Source of the DNA: Podarcis tiliguerta | Lineage: Eukaryota | NCBI GenBank assembly: GCA_965153285.1 | Contig: OZ229115.1 | Direction: 5' to 3' (one strand) | DNA length: 64,000 bases | Shown: positions 13,409-24,949 of the stretch, one piece after another | Numbering within the stretch: position 1 is the stretch's first letter | Layout of the letters: the number at the start of each line of letters is the position of its first letter | Notes under the pieces: generated by a model | What the model saw: only the letters and a program-made list of their open reading frames with translations | Databases searched by the model: none | What the model was told of the DNA's origin: nothing | Made by a program: the position numbers and the translations under genes

Positions 13409-13488
13409 GTAAAAAGACCCCTGACCGTTAGGTCCAGTCGCGGACGACTCTGGGGTTGCGGTGCTCATCTCGCTTTACTGGCCAAGGG
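13409..13488 (-). mobile_element. Sauria SINE 3'-end fragment (5'-truncated)
   Basis: gacccctgaccgttaggtccagtcgcggacgactctggggttgcggtgctcatctc is the reverse complement of a Sauria SINE 3' end (compare gagatgggcgcacaaccctagagtcggacacgactgg at ~43640). Confidence 0.75.
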
Positions 13489-13689
13489 CATTAGAAAGAC
13501 ATTGATAATGGTTCCTAGGTATGAATCTGAAATACATTAACTGCTCCTAGCCACAATTTATTAAGTATTTCTTGCCATGTGAATGCTGCAAGCCTGCAAC
13601 TTTGTTTTGTACCCATCAAATTGTTGGGTACGTCAGTATGATGCAGTAATTTGATGTAATAATTTGCTGTGCACTGCAGTCATAATTGG

Positions 13690-14066
13690 ACCAATAAGTC
13701 TTGGGTTCAAATCCCGACTTAACCATGATGCTCACTGAGTGATCTTGGGCCAGACATTATTGTTTCTCCTAACCTATCTCACATGGTTGTTGTGCTGATA
13801 GAAAAATGGGGTAATTCCTACTTAGGAACAGAGGAAGCTGCCTTATATTGAGCTATACCCTTGGTCCACCCAGTATTGGATACTGTAACTGAGAGGGTTT
13901 TAGGCAGGGATCTCTCCTGGGTTTTAGGCAGGGATCTCTCCTGGCTCTCCTTGGAAATGCTGAGGATTGAACCAAGGAGTTTCTGCATGAAAAGGACAGC
14001 ACTGAGCACTGTCCTTTAACTTACCTGAGTTCTTTGGGAAAAGACAAAATACAACTGTAATAAATT
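13690..14066 (+). mobile_element. MIR/CORE-like SINE interrupted by the SINE at 13820-14015
   Basis: gggttcaaatccc...gagtgatcttgggcc...cctaacctatctcacatggttgttgtg before the insert, resuming with cctgagttctttgggaaaag...gtaataaat after it. Confidence 0.55.
13820..14015 (-). mobile_element. Same tRNA SINE family as 63474-63656, with an internal 24-bp tandem duplication
   Basis: taggaacagaggaagctgccttata...gattgaaccaaggagtttctgcatg. gggttttaggcagggatctctcct occurs twice (13895-13942). Confidence 0.7.
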
Positions 14067-15834
14067 TATGTGTAAGTCTTGTAAATTGAACTATGATTGA
14101 TGTAGGTTAGTATGAATTTTATGGTACGCCCTCCCCCTTTTAACACAAACTTTTATTTACAAATGTAAATACAGGCAATGAAAAGGAAGGGCACAGCTTA
14201 ATTAAATCACTAATATGTGGGGAAAGGAGTCATTAGTATTTCACGGGTAGACTTGTGGGACAACTATGGTAAGCAAACCCTTCTTATTTTTATATCTCCA
14301 CTTTGTTGAGGCTGGAAAACCTTTAACTGTTACAAGTGCAACTGTTACAAGTTACGATGTAACTTCTTTCATGAAATATCACATATAAGACATGATGCAA
14401 CAGTGTTTCTTTTCAGCTGTGCAACTTGCATTGGCCACATCCTTATTTTATTCAATAACTACTTTGTCACAGCAGTCCATGTCGCTTTGACTATTGGTGT
14501 TGTTATTATTTTCAGTAATGGTACCCCATTGTCCGCAATTTATACAGAATTTCTGCAGCAGCATAACTGCTTATTAGCTTGAGAGGAAGTGGTCACATTA
14601 GTCCAGCTCTGTGCTCTTTCCATTGGCTTCCTAAAGAGTGGCAGATTGAATTTAGAATGACATAGGTCCTAATAAAGGCAATGAATGATTTGAGCACTGG
14701 CCATATTTGAAATTTGCTTTTAAGCCTCTGCTACAGAAAATGTGTGCCACTCAATGTTAAGAGATATTCACTGTCTCATCTGAAGCCAACCTTTGTGTCG
14801 TATCACCCACCAATGAAGCTCTATTTTTTCTGATATCTAACTTTGTCACCTTTCAATCTCCCAGCAGTCTTTTAAAATGTAATTAATATTTAAGTTTTTT
14901 TAAATTATAATCTGCCTTGTTAGGGCTATAAACACATGGGTTATATGTAAAATTATGTTGCTGTTATTATTTTTTGTAATATTACTTCCCATAAGTAACG
15001 TTCTCTATGTGCGCACAATGAAGAAAAATACGTTGATGATTATTTCCTAATGGCTGCACTTACCAACGTGTGTGCTGCTAGGACCCAGCCTGAAACACAA
15101 AAACCTACAAAACCAGTTTGATTAGAGATTATACCTGGAGAGAGAGAGAGAGATCAGTATTTATATGATGGGTAATGAGCAACACTGAGGCTTCAGCTTC
15201 TCTATTACAAAAAAAGAAATTTACAATCCTGCTTTTTTGTTTAAACCTTCAGAGGATTTTTATATATTAGGATGCTATTGTGCAGGGAAGTCATAGTACA
15301 TAGCTGTTTTATATTCTTTATACGGAGAAGGCCAATAAAATGTTAGCTAAATAGTTAGAACTCTTGTCTCCTATTGGTCCGAAGATCTAGCAGATAACAT
15401 CCATAATTTGAGTGCTGTAGTGAGGGGTTCCTCAGCCTTTAAAAAATAAAATATTTAAATGAAATAAGGAGTTTAAGGTGTACAAAATAGTGAAGTGTGC
15501 CACTTATAATTGGTGATGTCATGAGAACTTTCAAATGGATGTTCCAATAGTTTTTTTTTATTAAAGATTGTGGTGACACATTTTATTGCAGATGGAAATA
15601 GAAGTACCATCTTGAGTAAAAATAACTATCTGCCTGTTTAGTTTTTCAGTATGTACATATATCTGGAAAAGCTCTTAGTTTCTACTTTCTGCTAACAAGC
15701 ATACATCAGCAAATCAAGAACCGAATGCATTATTTACTGCACTTTTGCAGTGTTAAAGTAATGAAACTAGAATATTTCTCACTAGTAAACTCACAACGCA
15801 TATTATTTTCATGTAGCTGTCTTCTATCACCAGA

Positions 15835-15976
15835 TCTTTTGATCTATCCAGGCCAACGCTTTCTACTCTGGTAGTGTCACTCCAAGATATTGGGCAGAGA
15901 TCTTTTAACAAGTGATGCCAGGGATAAACTGGAACCTTCTGCACATGAACCATGTGTTTTACTACCAAGCTATGGG
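15835..15976 (-). mobile_element. Degenerate copy of the same tRNA SINE family
   Basis: gatgccagggataaactggaaccttctgcacatg...ctaccaagctatgg. Confidence 0.5.
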
Positions 15977-17984
15977 TTTTTCAGCTTAAAACACATTTAA
16001 ACTGGTCAGCTGATTTCCATCAAATTTGACTTTGAATTAAGGGAGCTGTCCTAAGCTCCCATGTAGAACAGCTGAGGGGCCATTTGATGCTGTGGACCTC
16101 CCTTATCAACAAGAGAGAACTGCTTATGCTGCTATATCTAAAACTGTTGTTTAAGCAGTCCTTGTGCAAAATTATGCCATCAAATCTATAAAGCAACATG
16201 AATTAAGGGGCAAGCAAGTGCCTTGCAAGCAGGTCCCTGTAGCTATTGCACATTATAGGCTGCATCTCACATTGTAGAATTTGGACCTAAGTCAATTGAT
16301 TATAATGTGTCTATTCTGGGTATGAGTTAGTCACAAACCATGCACAGAATTTAGAATTAGCCTCCATAGAATGGCCACTCTACTGGGTGATAAACCCAGA
16401 GACCCTCTCAGATTAAAACAGTTTTAAAATGTTAATAAATAATAGAATTGTAGACCATCAAAAGTAGAATTTTGGAGCACTGATAATGTTCAGTATGACT
16501 GTAAAGCTGTTGTTTTTCAATTGCTTTCTCTCTTCTCCTGTTCTCTGTCTTAAAATCAGATAATCACCATCATTTGAATGTACAGTTATGTTTAATCTAT
16601 TTAGCAGCTTTGCTGAACTAGTGCAATAACCCTCCACAACCTCCATATGTTTTAGACTACAACTTCCATCAGGCATTGCGAGTTGTAGTCTAAAACACCT
16701 GGAGGATATCAGGTTGGCAAAGGATGCTCTACTACTTTGTGCAGTGATATCTTTATGTGGCATCCTCTCTCAGCTTATTCTCCGCTATAAATGCACAACG
16801 TTAAACTGATTCTTAAAAATACAAAACAAATATGGTTTTAAACTAATATAGGTTTATCCCCAGCAGAAACTTGTGTTGCTTAATCTGTAAATTTATCTGT
16901 AATACAAGATAATTTCTGTCTAGACAGGCCCTACAGACATGTTCTGAAACTCTAGCCCTACAAGAGACTTATTTTCATTCGAACAGAATCATGTGCAACA
17001 GTTTGTTTCATTAGGCAAAGTGGCACATGGTGTTGGTAGAATTGTGGGGGCAGCAATTGGCCAGTGTCTTCAAAACGTTGGCTAAATAGGGACTGTTCTT
17101 TGGTTTTTATAAAATTAGAAATTTCAGTTGGCATGCCGTAGCTATGCTGTGCATACACAATGCATGTCCCCTCTGATTTTCAGAGCTCTGAAATCCCTCA
17201 AAGGTTCTCAGCAATAACCTTCAGCAGCAGCTTGGTGAAAATCCTTCTTTATATGCCTTAGCTTTCCCCAAGCCCCATGGTGCAAGGCTTCATTTCCTTG
17301 TAACAGTTAGCATAGCTCCATCAGAAGCAGTAGGGGTAGCAGGATGAGTCAGTGGAGCTACAGGAGTTAAAAGTGCAGCAGAGAGCCCAAGAAAGAGTGG
17401 TGAGAGAAAACAGTCTGGTCCACGCTATGCTGTAAGAAAGGCTGGAAAGAGGTTAAGTGTGGCAGGGGATAGAAGACATTGGTGGGGCCAGTGGCTACTA
17501 GAAAGAAGGACCCAAGCCTTCGGGGTCACATTCCCTTGTAGACAACAGGGACCACAAGCAAAAGTGCATGGAGGAAAGGATAAAGGTGCTTGAGTTTGGA
17601 GTGATCTTGACGCTGGAGTTGTTGCAGTTCTGGTTGAAGTACCCAGGGTCAGAATCAATTATGTGTTGTGGGATCAGTTGTAGCTTAGTCTGCTAATGAC
17701 GACGAAGTGCTGGCAGCAATATATCTGACCACATGGCCTCTTGACTTATGTCCCTCATGGCTTTTAAAATCTAGCACAGGGGGTCTGATTGGTTGGGTCC
17801 AGAGCATGGTTAATGCTATATTGTGTGAGGGGGTATTCCCTCTGCCTTGAAAGGGGCAGTGGCGCAGTCACTCTGCAAGAAACCAGCTCTGGATCCTTTA
17901 GACTGGAACAACTATCAACCAGTTACAAATACTCCTTTTTGGGGGGAAGGTGATGAAAAAAGTTGTGGTTTCCTCTTGTGCTTG

Positions 17985-18835
17985 ATCTAAAAGCTGCAGT
18001 TAGTGCAGAATACCCTAAAATGATGGCTGACAGGAGTGAGACTTTATCAGCATATAATACTTCTGCTCAGAGAGCCGCACTGGTTCCTGATACACTACCA
18101 GGTGAAGTTCAGAGTGTTGCTATTCGTATATAATGCCTTGAACATCTTGGGACCAGTTTATTTGTTGGATCATCTTGCCTGATTTGTGCCCACTTGACCA
18201 CTTAGATTTGTGGAACTGGCATGGTTACATATGCTGCATAATACTTGTTCTGCATCTGTAAGAAATCAGTGCTTTAGCATGGCAGCACCTCCACCTTGGA
18301 CCTCCCTGCCGATTTGACTTCAGGCAGGCACCTTCACTGTACAGTGGTACCTCTGGTTGCGAACGGGATCCGTTCTGGAGCCCCATTTGCAACCCGAAAG
18401 GAACGCAACCCGCTTCTGCGCACATGCGGGTTGCGATTCGCCACTTCTGCACATGAACATGATGTCATTTTGCACGTCTATGCGTGCGCGAGTGGTGAAA
18501 CCCGGAAGTAACCTTTTCCAGTACTTCTGGGTCACCGCAGAACGCAACCTGAAAAAACGTATCACGAAGCAAATGTAAAAAGAGGTATGACTGTATTCTT
18601 TTCAGCCCCTGCTGAAAACATTTTTGTTTAGGCAAGCCTATCCAGACATGCAGAATGTTAACAAGTGTTTTAATCTGGTATTTAGCTTATTGTTTATTTT
18701 TATTCTCTGAATGTTTTGAATAGTTTTAAACTGTTTTGAACTGATAATTTTATTGTTTTGTTCTTCTTGTAAACTGATTTGAGCGCTTATTACATTCAAA
18801 TGATATAAAAATCTTGTGAAATAAATGAATAAAAT
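17985..18835 (+). mobile_element. L2 LINE 3' end, interrupted by a MITE at 18342-18593
   Basis: LHWL-like gcactggttcctgata, aatgccttgaacatcttgggacca, ctttagcatggcagcacc, ctgaaaacatttttgtttaggcaagcc, and an (aaat)n tail. The sequence rejoins as ccttcactgTA|ttcttttcag. Confidence 0.7.
18342..18593. mobile_element. Tc1/mariner (Tigger-like) MITE, family B
   Basis: TA|cagtggtacctc...gaggtatgactg|TA with a CpG-rich (young) interior, nested in L2. Confidence 0.85.
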
Positions 18836-20080
18836 TTAACCTCCCGTACAAGAACTATCACTTTGCTCTATAGTGTCCTTCTTACAGTTTATAACAGAAG
18901 TTTTAATTCTATTTTTTAATTGTGAAGTAAAAGAAGTTAACAAGAAGAATACACATTTTGCTCTTTGGGTGGTGGTGAGCTGACACAATTTGTACCATAC
19001 CTTAAAGTATATTAGCAACAATCAAAACTTTAGACTAACATTTTGGATAGTGAGTTTAATTTTTTAACAATGCTTGCTTGATCAATTCAGTAGAGGATGG
19101 CAACATTTTGATCCCAGTGGGCAGAAGATATAAAATATGAGCAGCTCAGGTTGGTGTGATGTATGTGCAAACTTTGGAATGTTATTGCACTCTTAACCTA
19201 GGAAATGGAAGGAAAGTTTCAGGAATATATAGTGATCAATGCATATTGCCAGTTGTGCAAATAGCCAATTATCAACAATGTAACTTTTCATCCATGTAAT
19301 TCAAGATTCTGCCACCACTCTAATAATTTTACATAAGTCTAATTACTCCAGTGCGCTTTTACCTATTTTTGATCTTCCAATTTGATTAGAGCTAACCATA
19401 GTAAAAAAAAAAAAAAAATCTCTAAACATTTGAGCTTCAATAACAATTTCTTTCAAGATGAAAAAGGTGTCCTGAATTTGAAAGTATAAAGGTGAACATT
19501 ACATTACAATGCCTTTAGTCCCAAAACTTGCCAAAGTTACTAGGGCAACCACATCTCCCAGCCTGCCAATCTACTCCCCCCCCCCCCACACCTACTCTTC
19601 AGCCCTTCATGAATCCCCCTGTGCCATTTCCTTTGAGTTGCGCCAGTAGTGCACCATCACTTATGCACACCATCCTCATATTGCGGCTTAGTCACCAATG
19701 CTTTTTTTCTAACCTGGATATGGTCAGGCTGGAAGAAGATGCAAAGCACACTCCTGTCATCCATTCTTGACAAAAAATACTGTTGAAACAATTGCCGTCA
19801 CAGGAATCAGCATTAACAGAAACAACAACAGTAGCAGGAACAAACAGCTAGTGCATGTCCAAATGTCCTCATGCTCCACTTCCAAGAGTCAGACGAATAC
19901 CCCACCCTGCGTGTCCAATAGATGGGACAAGCTCTGGACTGCAGCTGCTACTCTTTGTTGATAAACAAGACCTGCTTACTTTCAGTAACACATAGCAATT
20001 TAAAATAATAATAATAATAAAAAACAGATCTAGAACAATTTTACATTTTAAATATTGAAGGCAGGATACATATGAGATAT

Positions 20081-20180
20081 GAGAACATAGGAATTGTCTC
20101 CTAAATCAGATCTAGTGGTCCATCAGGTTCAGCATCTTGTTTCCACAATGGCCAATTAGATGCTTCTGGGAAGCCCCCAA
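20081..20180 (-). mobile_element. CR1 3' tail fragment
   Basis: gaacatagga...atcagatctagtggtccatc...cagcatcttgtttccacaatggccaattagatgcttctgggaagccc. Confidence 0.5.
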
Positions 20181-20349
20181 CCCTTTGTGGCCAGTCGCAA
20201 TGGGCCAATTTTATTTTATTTTTTGCACCTTTGGGATTCTGCCCCCACCCCACAAGTTTGTTGTTCTGCACAGTTTTTCATGTATCTGTTGCTAACTCAT
20301 TGTTCATAGATGGTGCCTACATAAGGATCCACACTTGTAGAGTATATAG

Positions 20350-20666
20350 CAGGGGTTGGCAACCTAAGGCCCATGGGCCACAAGCGGCCCACGGGGGATG
20401 TTTAACCAACCCACAAGCCGCCCCGAACTGAGCCGCCCCCGAACTGAGCCACCCGCTCAGCGAGTCCCCCGCACTGTGCTAAACCAGTGCAGTGCAGTGC
20501 AGCGCAGCGCAGGGGCTTGCTTCCACAGTGCCAGAAATCACGCCTGCACAGACGCAGATGCCAGAAATCACAGGCATGCACACTCAGGCGCACACGCAAT
20601 CCGGCCCATGAAGGGATCTCCATTGGAGTGAACCGGCCCAGGCAAGGTAAACCTTGCCGACCCCTG
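20350..20666. mobile_element. hAT-type MITE
   Basis: TIRs caggggttggcaa / ttgccgacccctg and a perfect 8-bp TSD gtatatag (20342-20349, 20667-20674). Confidence 0.92.
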
Positions 20667-21013
20667 GTATATAGAATAAATATGTTCAAGTTTTTATAAC
20701 TAGGATTCAGCAGAACTCAATATTGAGTTCGTGGACTACGATATAGGACATTATGCTTGATTGAAATTGAGACTATTCAATATTTTGTCATGATGAAAGT
20801 TGATTTAGCAGTGTCTGTTACATTAAAAATCCAAATTATTAAATGGGGGGAAAGCAATGAAACATTCAGAATTCCTTCTCTCTGCCCAACAGACTGCACT
20901 TCTACATTGTTCCTTCATAATGTGAACATAGGTGCAGACAATGCCTTCATTGCTATATCTAATAAGAACCTATCAGATGCCAATTCAATCTATTTGTTCA
21001 TGTAGCACAGTAT

Positions 21014-21032
21014 TGACCACTAGAGGACAGCA
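21014..21032 (+). promoter_or_regulatory. Candidate CTCF site
   Basis: tgaccactagaggacagca, one mismatch to the core CCACTAGAGGGCAG. Confidence 0.4.
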
Positions 21033-22599
21033 TGGTGGGGTAGTGGTGCTTACCTGACCTCCTTGCACCTGCATCGCTGCTGCTTACTGGGTGGGATCAG
21101 CGCATGGCAGGGGGAAAAATGGTGTTCCTGCCAGTTTGTTCACCACAATGCAGTTTCCTATTGCCTCACCCCTCTCCTTCTCGGCAAGCAGCAGCAACTC
21201 AGCAGCCAGAAGTTTGGGTGAGTGCCACTGCCTCACCACGCCATCCAATCCAGTATTGGTATTGTCTCCCCTGCTGGCAAAATCTTAGAGCTGAATAGGG
21301 CTAAAAGATCCAAGATCTAAGAGGAGGATCTAAGAATAATTTGCAAATGATCAGTGTTGCGTTTTACAATGCCACTGAAACAAGTTAGCCAACTAAACAG
21401 TATTTTCTGCATTGAGGTTTTCTCTCTATTCCAAAGCGAGAAAACCTCTATTTCTCTCTATTTCCCAGATGTCATCTATTCCAAACTCCTAATGCAGGGG
21501 TCTTCCTGATGTTGTAGGACTCTAACTTATACCAGGCCCAACTAGCATGGTCAATGGCCAACGTTATCTGAAAGGCCACAGGTTCCTAAGCTCTGCCCTA
21601 ATGCAAGGCACAGCTACTCCATCCACTTGTATGCTAGTCACAATCAAAACAGGATCACATGTCACAAGCATAGAACAAGTTTTCTGCAGAAGGCCACTTG
21701 CAAAGCAAATTTCTGTGAACAAGCCAAACCTCAGATTGCAGGGGCAGACACAGAAGAAAAAGAAAAGACAAGATTTAACTTTGAACAAAATTTCTTCTCA
21801 TAGAGTTGCCTGATTTTGCTGCAGAATTCTCACTGCTGGAGAGGAACAAGCTGCCATGCAATTTAAGAAAGCATTATATTTGCATTCTCTCCTAGATATG
21901 CATGCCTCAAGCCTTAAATATGCTGATCTGTGAGACCGTACACACAAACAAGACTTGTCCACAAAGGGAGAAACCTTCCTGATTTAAACAGGCCAAAATA
22001 GCATCACAGAAACTGAGCATAATGCACATTGCAAGCAGCAGTTTTAAAATAATTTCAGTGAAAAAATTGTTTTACACTAGCAGATGGTTGAGATCTTTTA
22101 GTGGTCTGTTTTTACAGGTACTGTAGATACTGGACATTTTGCAACTACTTTTCAAGTTGAATGGTGTAATGAATGAATGAAATGACCAAAGGATTTTGGA
22201 AAGAGAGAAGTTACTCCAAGGACTGCACGATAGTGTACCCATTGGTTTCACTGGTGCTTCTTCCCAAACACTTGCGCTTAAAATTTAAGCATTCAGACAC
22301 AGTTTCCTCAAACACACACCATGTGAATTAATGGGAGCAAGTCCATTAATTGCAAGGAAACTTACTTCCAAGTAATGGGTAAAACTGATCGCTTACTTCC
22401 ACCGGATGGGATCCTGAATCTAGGCTCTAGGGTCTATGGAGCTTTCTTGTGCAAGAGAGGATTTCTGACCCCTTAAGTGGCAAGCCTACGCCTCTTACCT
22501 GGGAGCAATTCCCAGCGAACTCAAAGGGGGCCACTTCCGAGTAAATGCACCTAGGATGGAACAGTGCACGCACTATTCAGCTAAGGGAACCGGTGGCAG

Positions 22600-23150
22600 A
22601 ATATTACATTTCGGGAAAGACCCGTCCTGCGCCGTGCAGCAAATCTGCAGTCGCCCAGTTACATTCCCCCCCCCCCCGTGCCTCCTGCTCTTCCCCACCC
22701 CCTTCCATTCATCGCGGCGTCCGCCTGCAGAAAGGGCTCGCACTGCGCAGAGAGAGAGAGAGAGCTCCCCTCCTTTTCTCCTTCCTTCCTGCTGCCGCTG
22801 CGGTGTTTGGAAGGAGGCCTAGTCTGCTGGCAGCGCTTTCCCGGCCGGAGCGCGCGCTGAAAGGAATTCCTGAGGCCGCGATTGGTCCAGCGCTGGCCTC
22901 CGTGAGAACGGACCTCCTCCCCGTGTGTGTGGCTCCTATGCAAATTGCAGCGATTGCGGAAATCAGCGGGCTGGGAAGCGGGGGAGGGGAAGTCTGTCGA
23001 ATCGATTGCAACTTCTGCAAAGTCTAACACAATCCAACGCACACAAGGCAAAGCCAGGGAGAGAGAGAATCTGAGAACCCAGCCAACCCGGCTTGGATCG
23101 CTTTCAAAAACAGAGAGGCTAGAGAGAGTCCATCACAAATCGTTTTGATT
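22600..23150 (+). promoter_or_regulatory. NFIA: Upstream CpG island, probable alternative NFIA promoter
   Basis: CpG-rich, with an inverted CCAAT box (attgg 22881-22885), an octamer ATGCAAAT (22938-22945) and a GC-box-like gcgggggagggg (~22978-22989). Confidence 0.7.
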
Positions 23151-23364
23151 CGGAAGGTGTCATTTATTTATTTATATTTTAAAAAGCTTACCCAGCAGCT
23201 TGGTAATTAACTACCTTTTAAAAAAAAATCTTTATGATTTTCAGTTGCTACAAGTTTAGTTTATTTATTTTTTATGGAAAAGAGCAACGTGTGAGAACTA
23301 ATGATGAAGCCCATTGACTCGACCTTTTAAAGTTTCTCACGTACTCTTTATTTACATTGCAATG
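23000..23364 (+). other. NFIA: Candidate alternative first exon ending in the start codon (ATG 23362-23364), giving M-DEFHPF...
   Basis: ttgcaATG|gtacgt phase-0 donor. Splicing to exon 2 creates the strong Kozak context GCAATGG. In-frame stop upstream at 23305. The 5' end is approximate. Confidence 0.6.
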
Positions 23365-24724
23365 GTACGTGGACGCGTCTTCTTCAGCCTTTTATTTCCA
23401 TGCTTTCAAAAACGGAAAAGAGAATGTGGTTGACGTGAGGTTTTAATGGCTATTGTATTGCAGATGTTTGCTTTGTAACCTGTTTTAATTGCTTCAAAGT
23501 AAGGTTTAACGGACTGCGTTTCCCGTGTGCGCACTATATACCAGATAAGAGGCAGAGTGGGTGGGTTTTGCTGCGTGCACTAGACTTTTCTCCCCCCCGC
23601 CCCCCAGCGATCTGAGAAAACCGCTGAGCTTGCTCGGTGTAACCCCCCCCCCCCAAATGTACGTGCTCAGCTCTGTAAAAAGACGTCTGGGATCGGCAGG
23701 CAGCCCAACACAAAAGGAAGCGTCTAGACTAGGGATGTAATTGACAAGCCCATTCTCTAATCAATGTAGCAAATGTCTATGATGGACTAAAGCGCCATCC
23801 AATAAGAGAACAGGCTGGATGTTGTAATGTTCGAAATATCCAAAGTGGAAGGAGGTGGAAAAGAGCGAGTGGCGTTCGTCCCTCCCTCTTCTCTAAAGTT
23901 CTCTCTGCTCGGCGCACCGAGGGATAGTTGGTAGCTGTCAAACCAGCGCAGAGCTATATAATACATCTGGATTTTGCTGAGAGATCTGTAATAACAAAAC
24001 CAAGTTTTCTCTCAGTGAAAGTGCATGGCGCGATCAGTTCTGCTTAACGTTGCATTCACCTTTGTGCTCTGTGATTGAAACCCCTGAGCGTTTCTGCAGC
24101 AACCTTGTCCCAAATATATACTCTGCTGTCGATATTTCTTATGCAGGAGAGGAGATGACACCAGTGAGGCCCCCCCTTTTCTGACTGCACTGTTGTTTTT
24201 GTTTGTTTGCTATTTTATTCTGGTGTGTTCCGATCATCGCCTGGTTTGAACCACTGTTACTCGTGATTGGGGGCATCCTAAGATATGAAAGTGCTTTGGA
24301 GGAATCGAGGGTGTCCCTCCCCTTAACATGATTACAGGTCCCACTGATTGCACGGGGATTTACTCCCAAGTAGGCATGATTAGGGCGGAAGACTTCAAAG
24401 TGCTTTGGAGGACCCTGCCCTGTTGAATTATTCTCTGTTGCAAACTATGCTTCTATGCTTGACCGTTGGATGAGTCCCTCGAACGTGTATATGCACTGCG
24501 TATTGGGTAGGCACGTCTGGAGTTTGTGACCCCCCCCCCTCTTCATTTACTGGGACCAGTCAAAGATAAACACTTTGAACTCTCGTTGTTGATCTGAGCT
24601 GCAGTTTTAGGCACTCACTTGACTACCATTTAAATCAGTGGGACTGAGAAGTGCTGAACTCTAAATCTCACCCAGCGAGTGAAATTTGCTTATGTGAGGA
24701 GGGATTGTGAGAATTGTAAGATCC

Positions 24725-24763
<39 letters not shown>
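24725..24763. repeat. (GT)n(GA)n compound microsatellite
   Basis: Direct reading. Confidence 0.95.
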
Positions 24764-24949
24764 CGTAAACGCGCGCACGGGTAGGTAGGTGGCATGATAT
24801 ATATTCCCTCTCTTCTCTTTCCTCCTTCCTGCACTGAACTCCAGAGAATTGGGAGATTTAGAACTTGCTGGTTGGGAGCCAGGCTGGCTGTCTTTCTCTG
24901 GACCGGAGCTCTCAGTAGAAACCAAGTCCAACATAACCAACCACACACT

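Noticed and set aside
17340-17560. Purine-rich stretch reminiscent of an LTR fragment
   Set aside because: No TG...CA ends, TSD, PBS/PPT or second copy identified.
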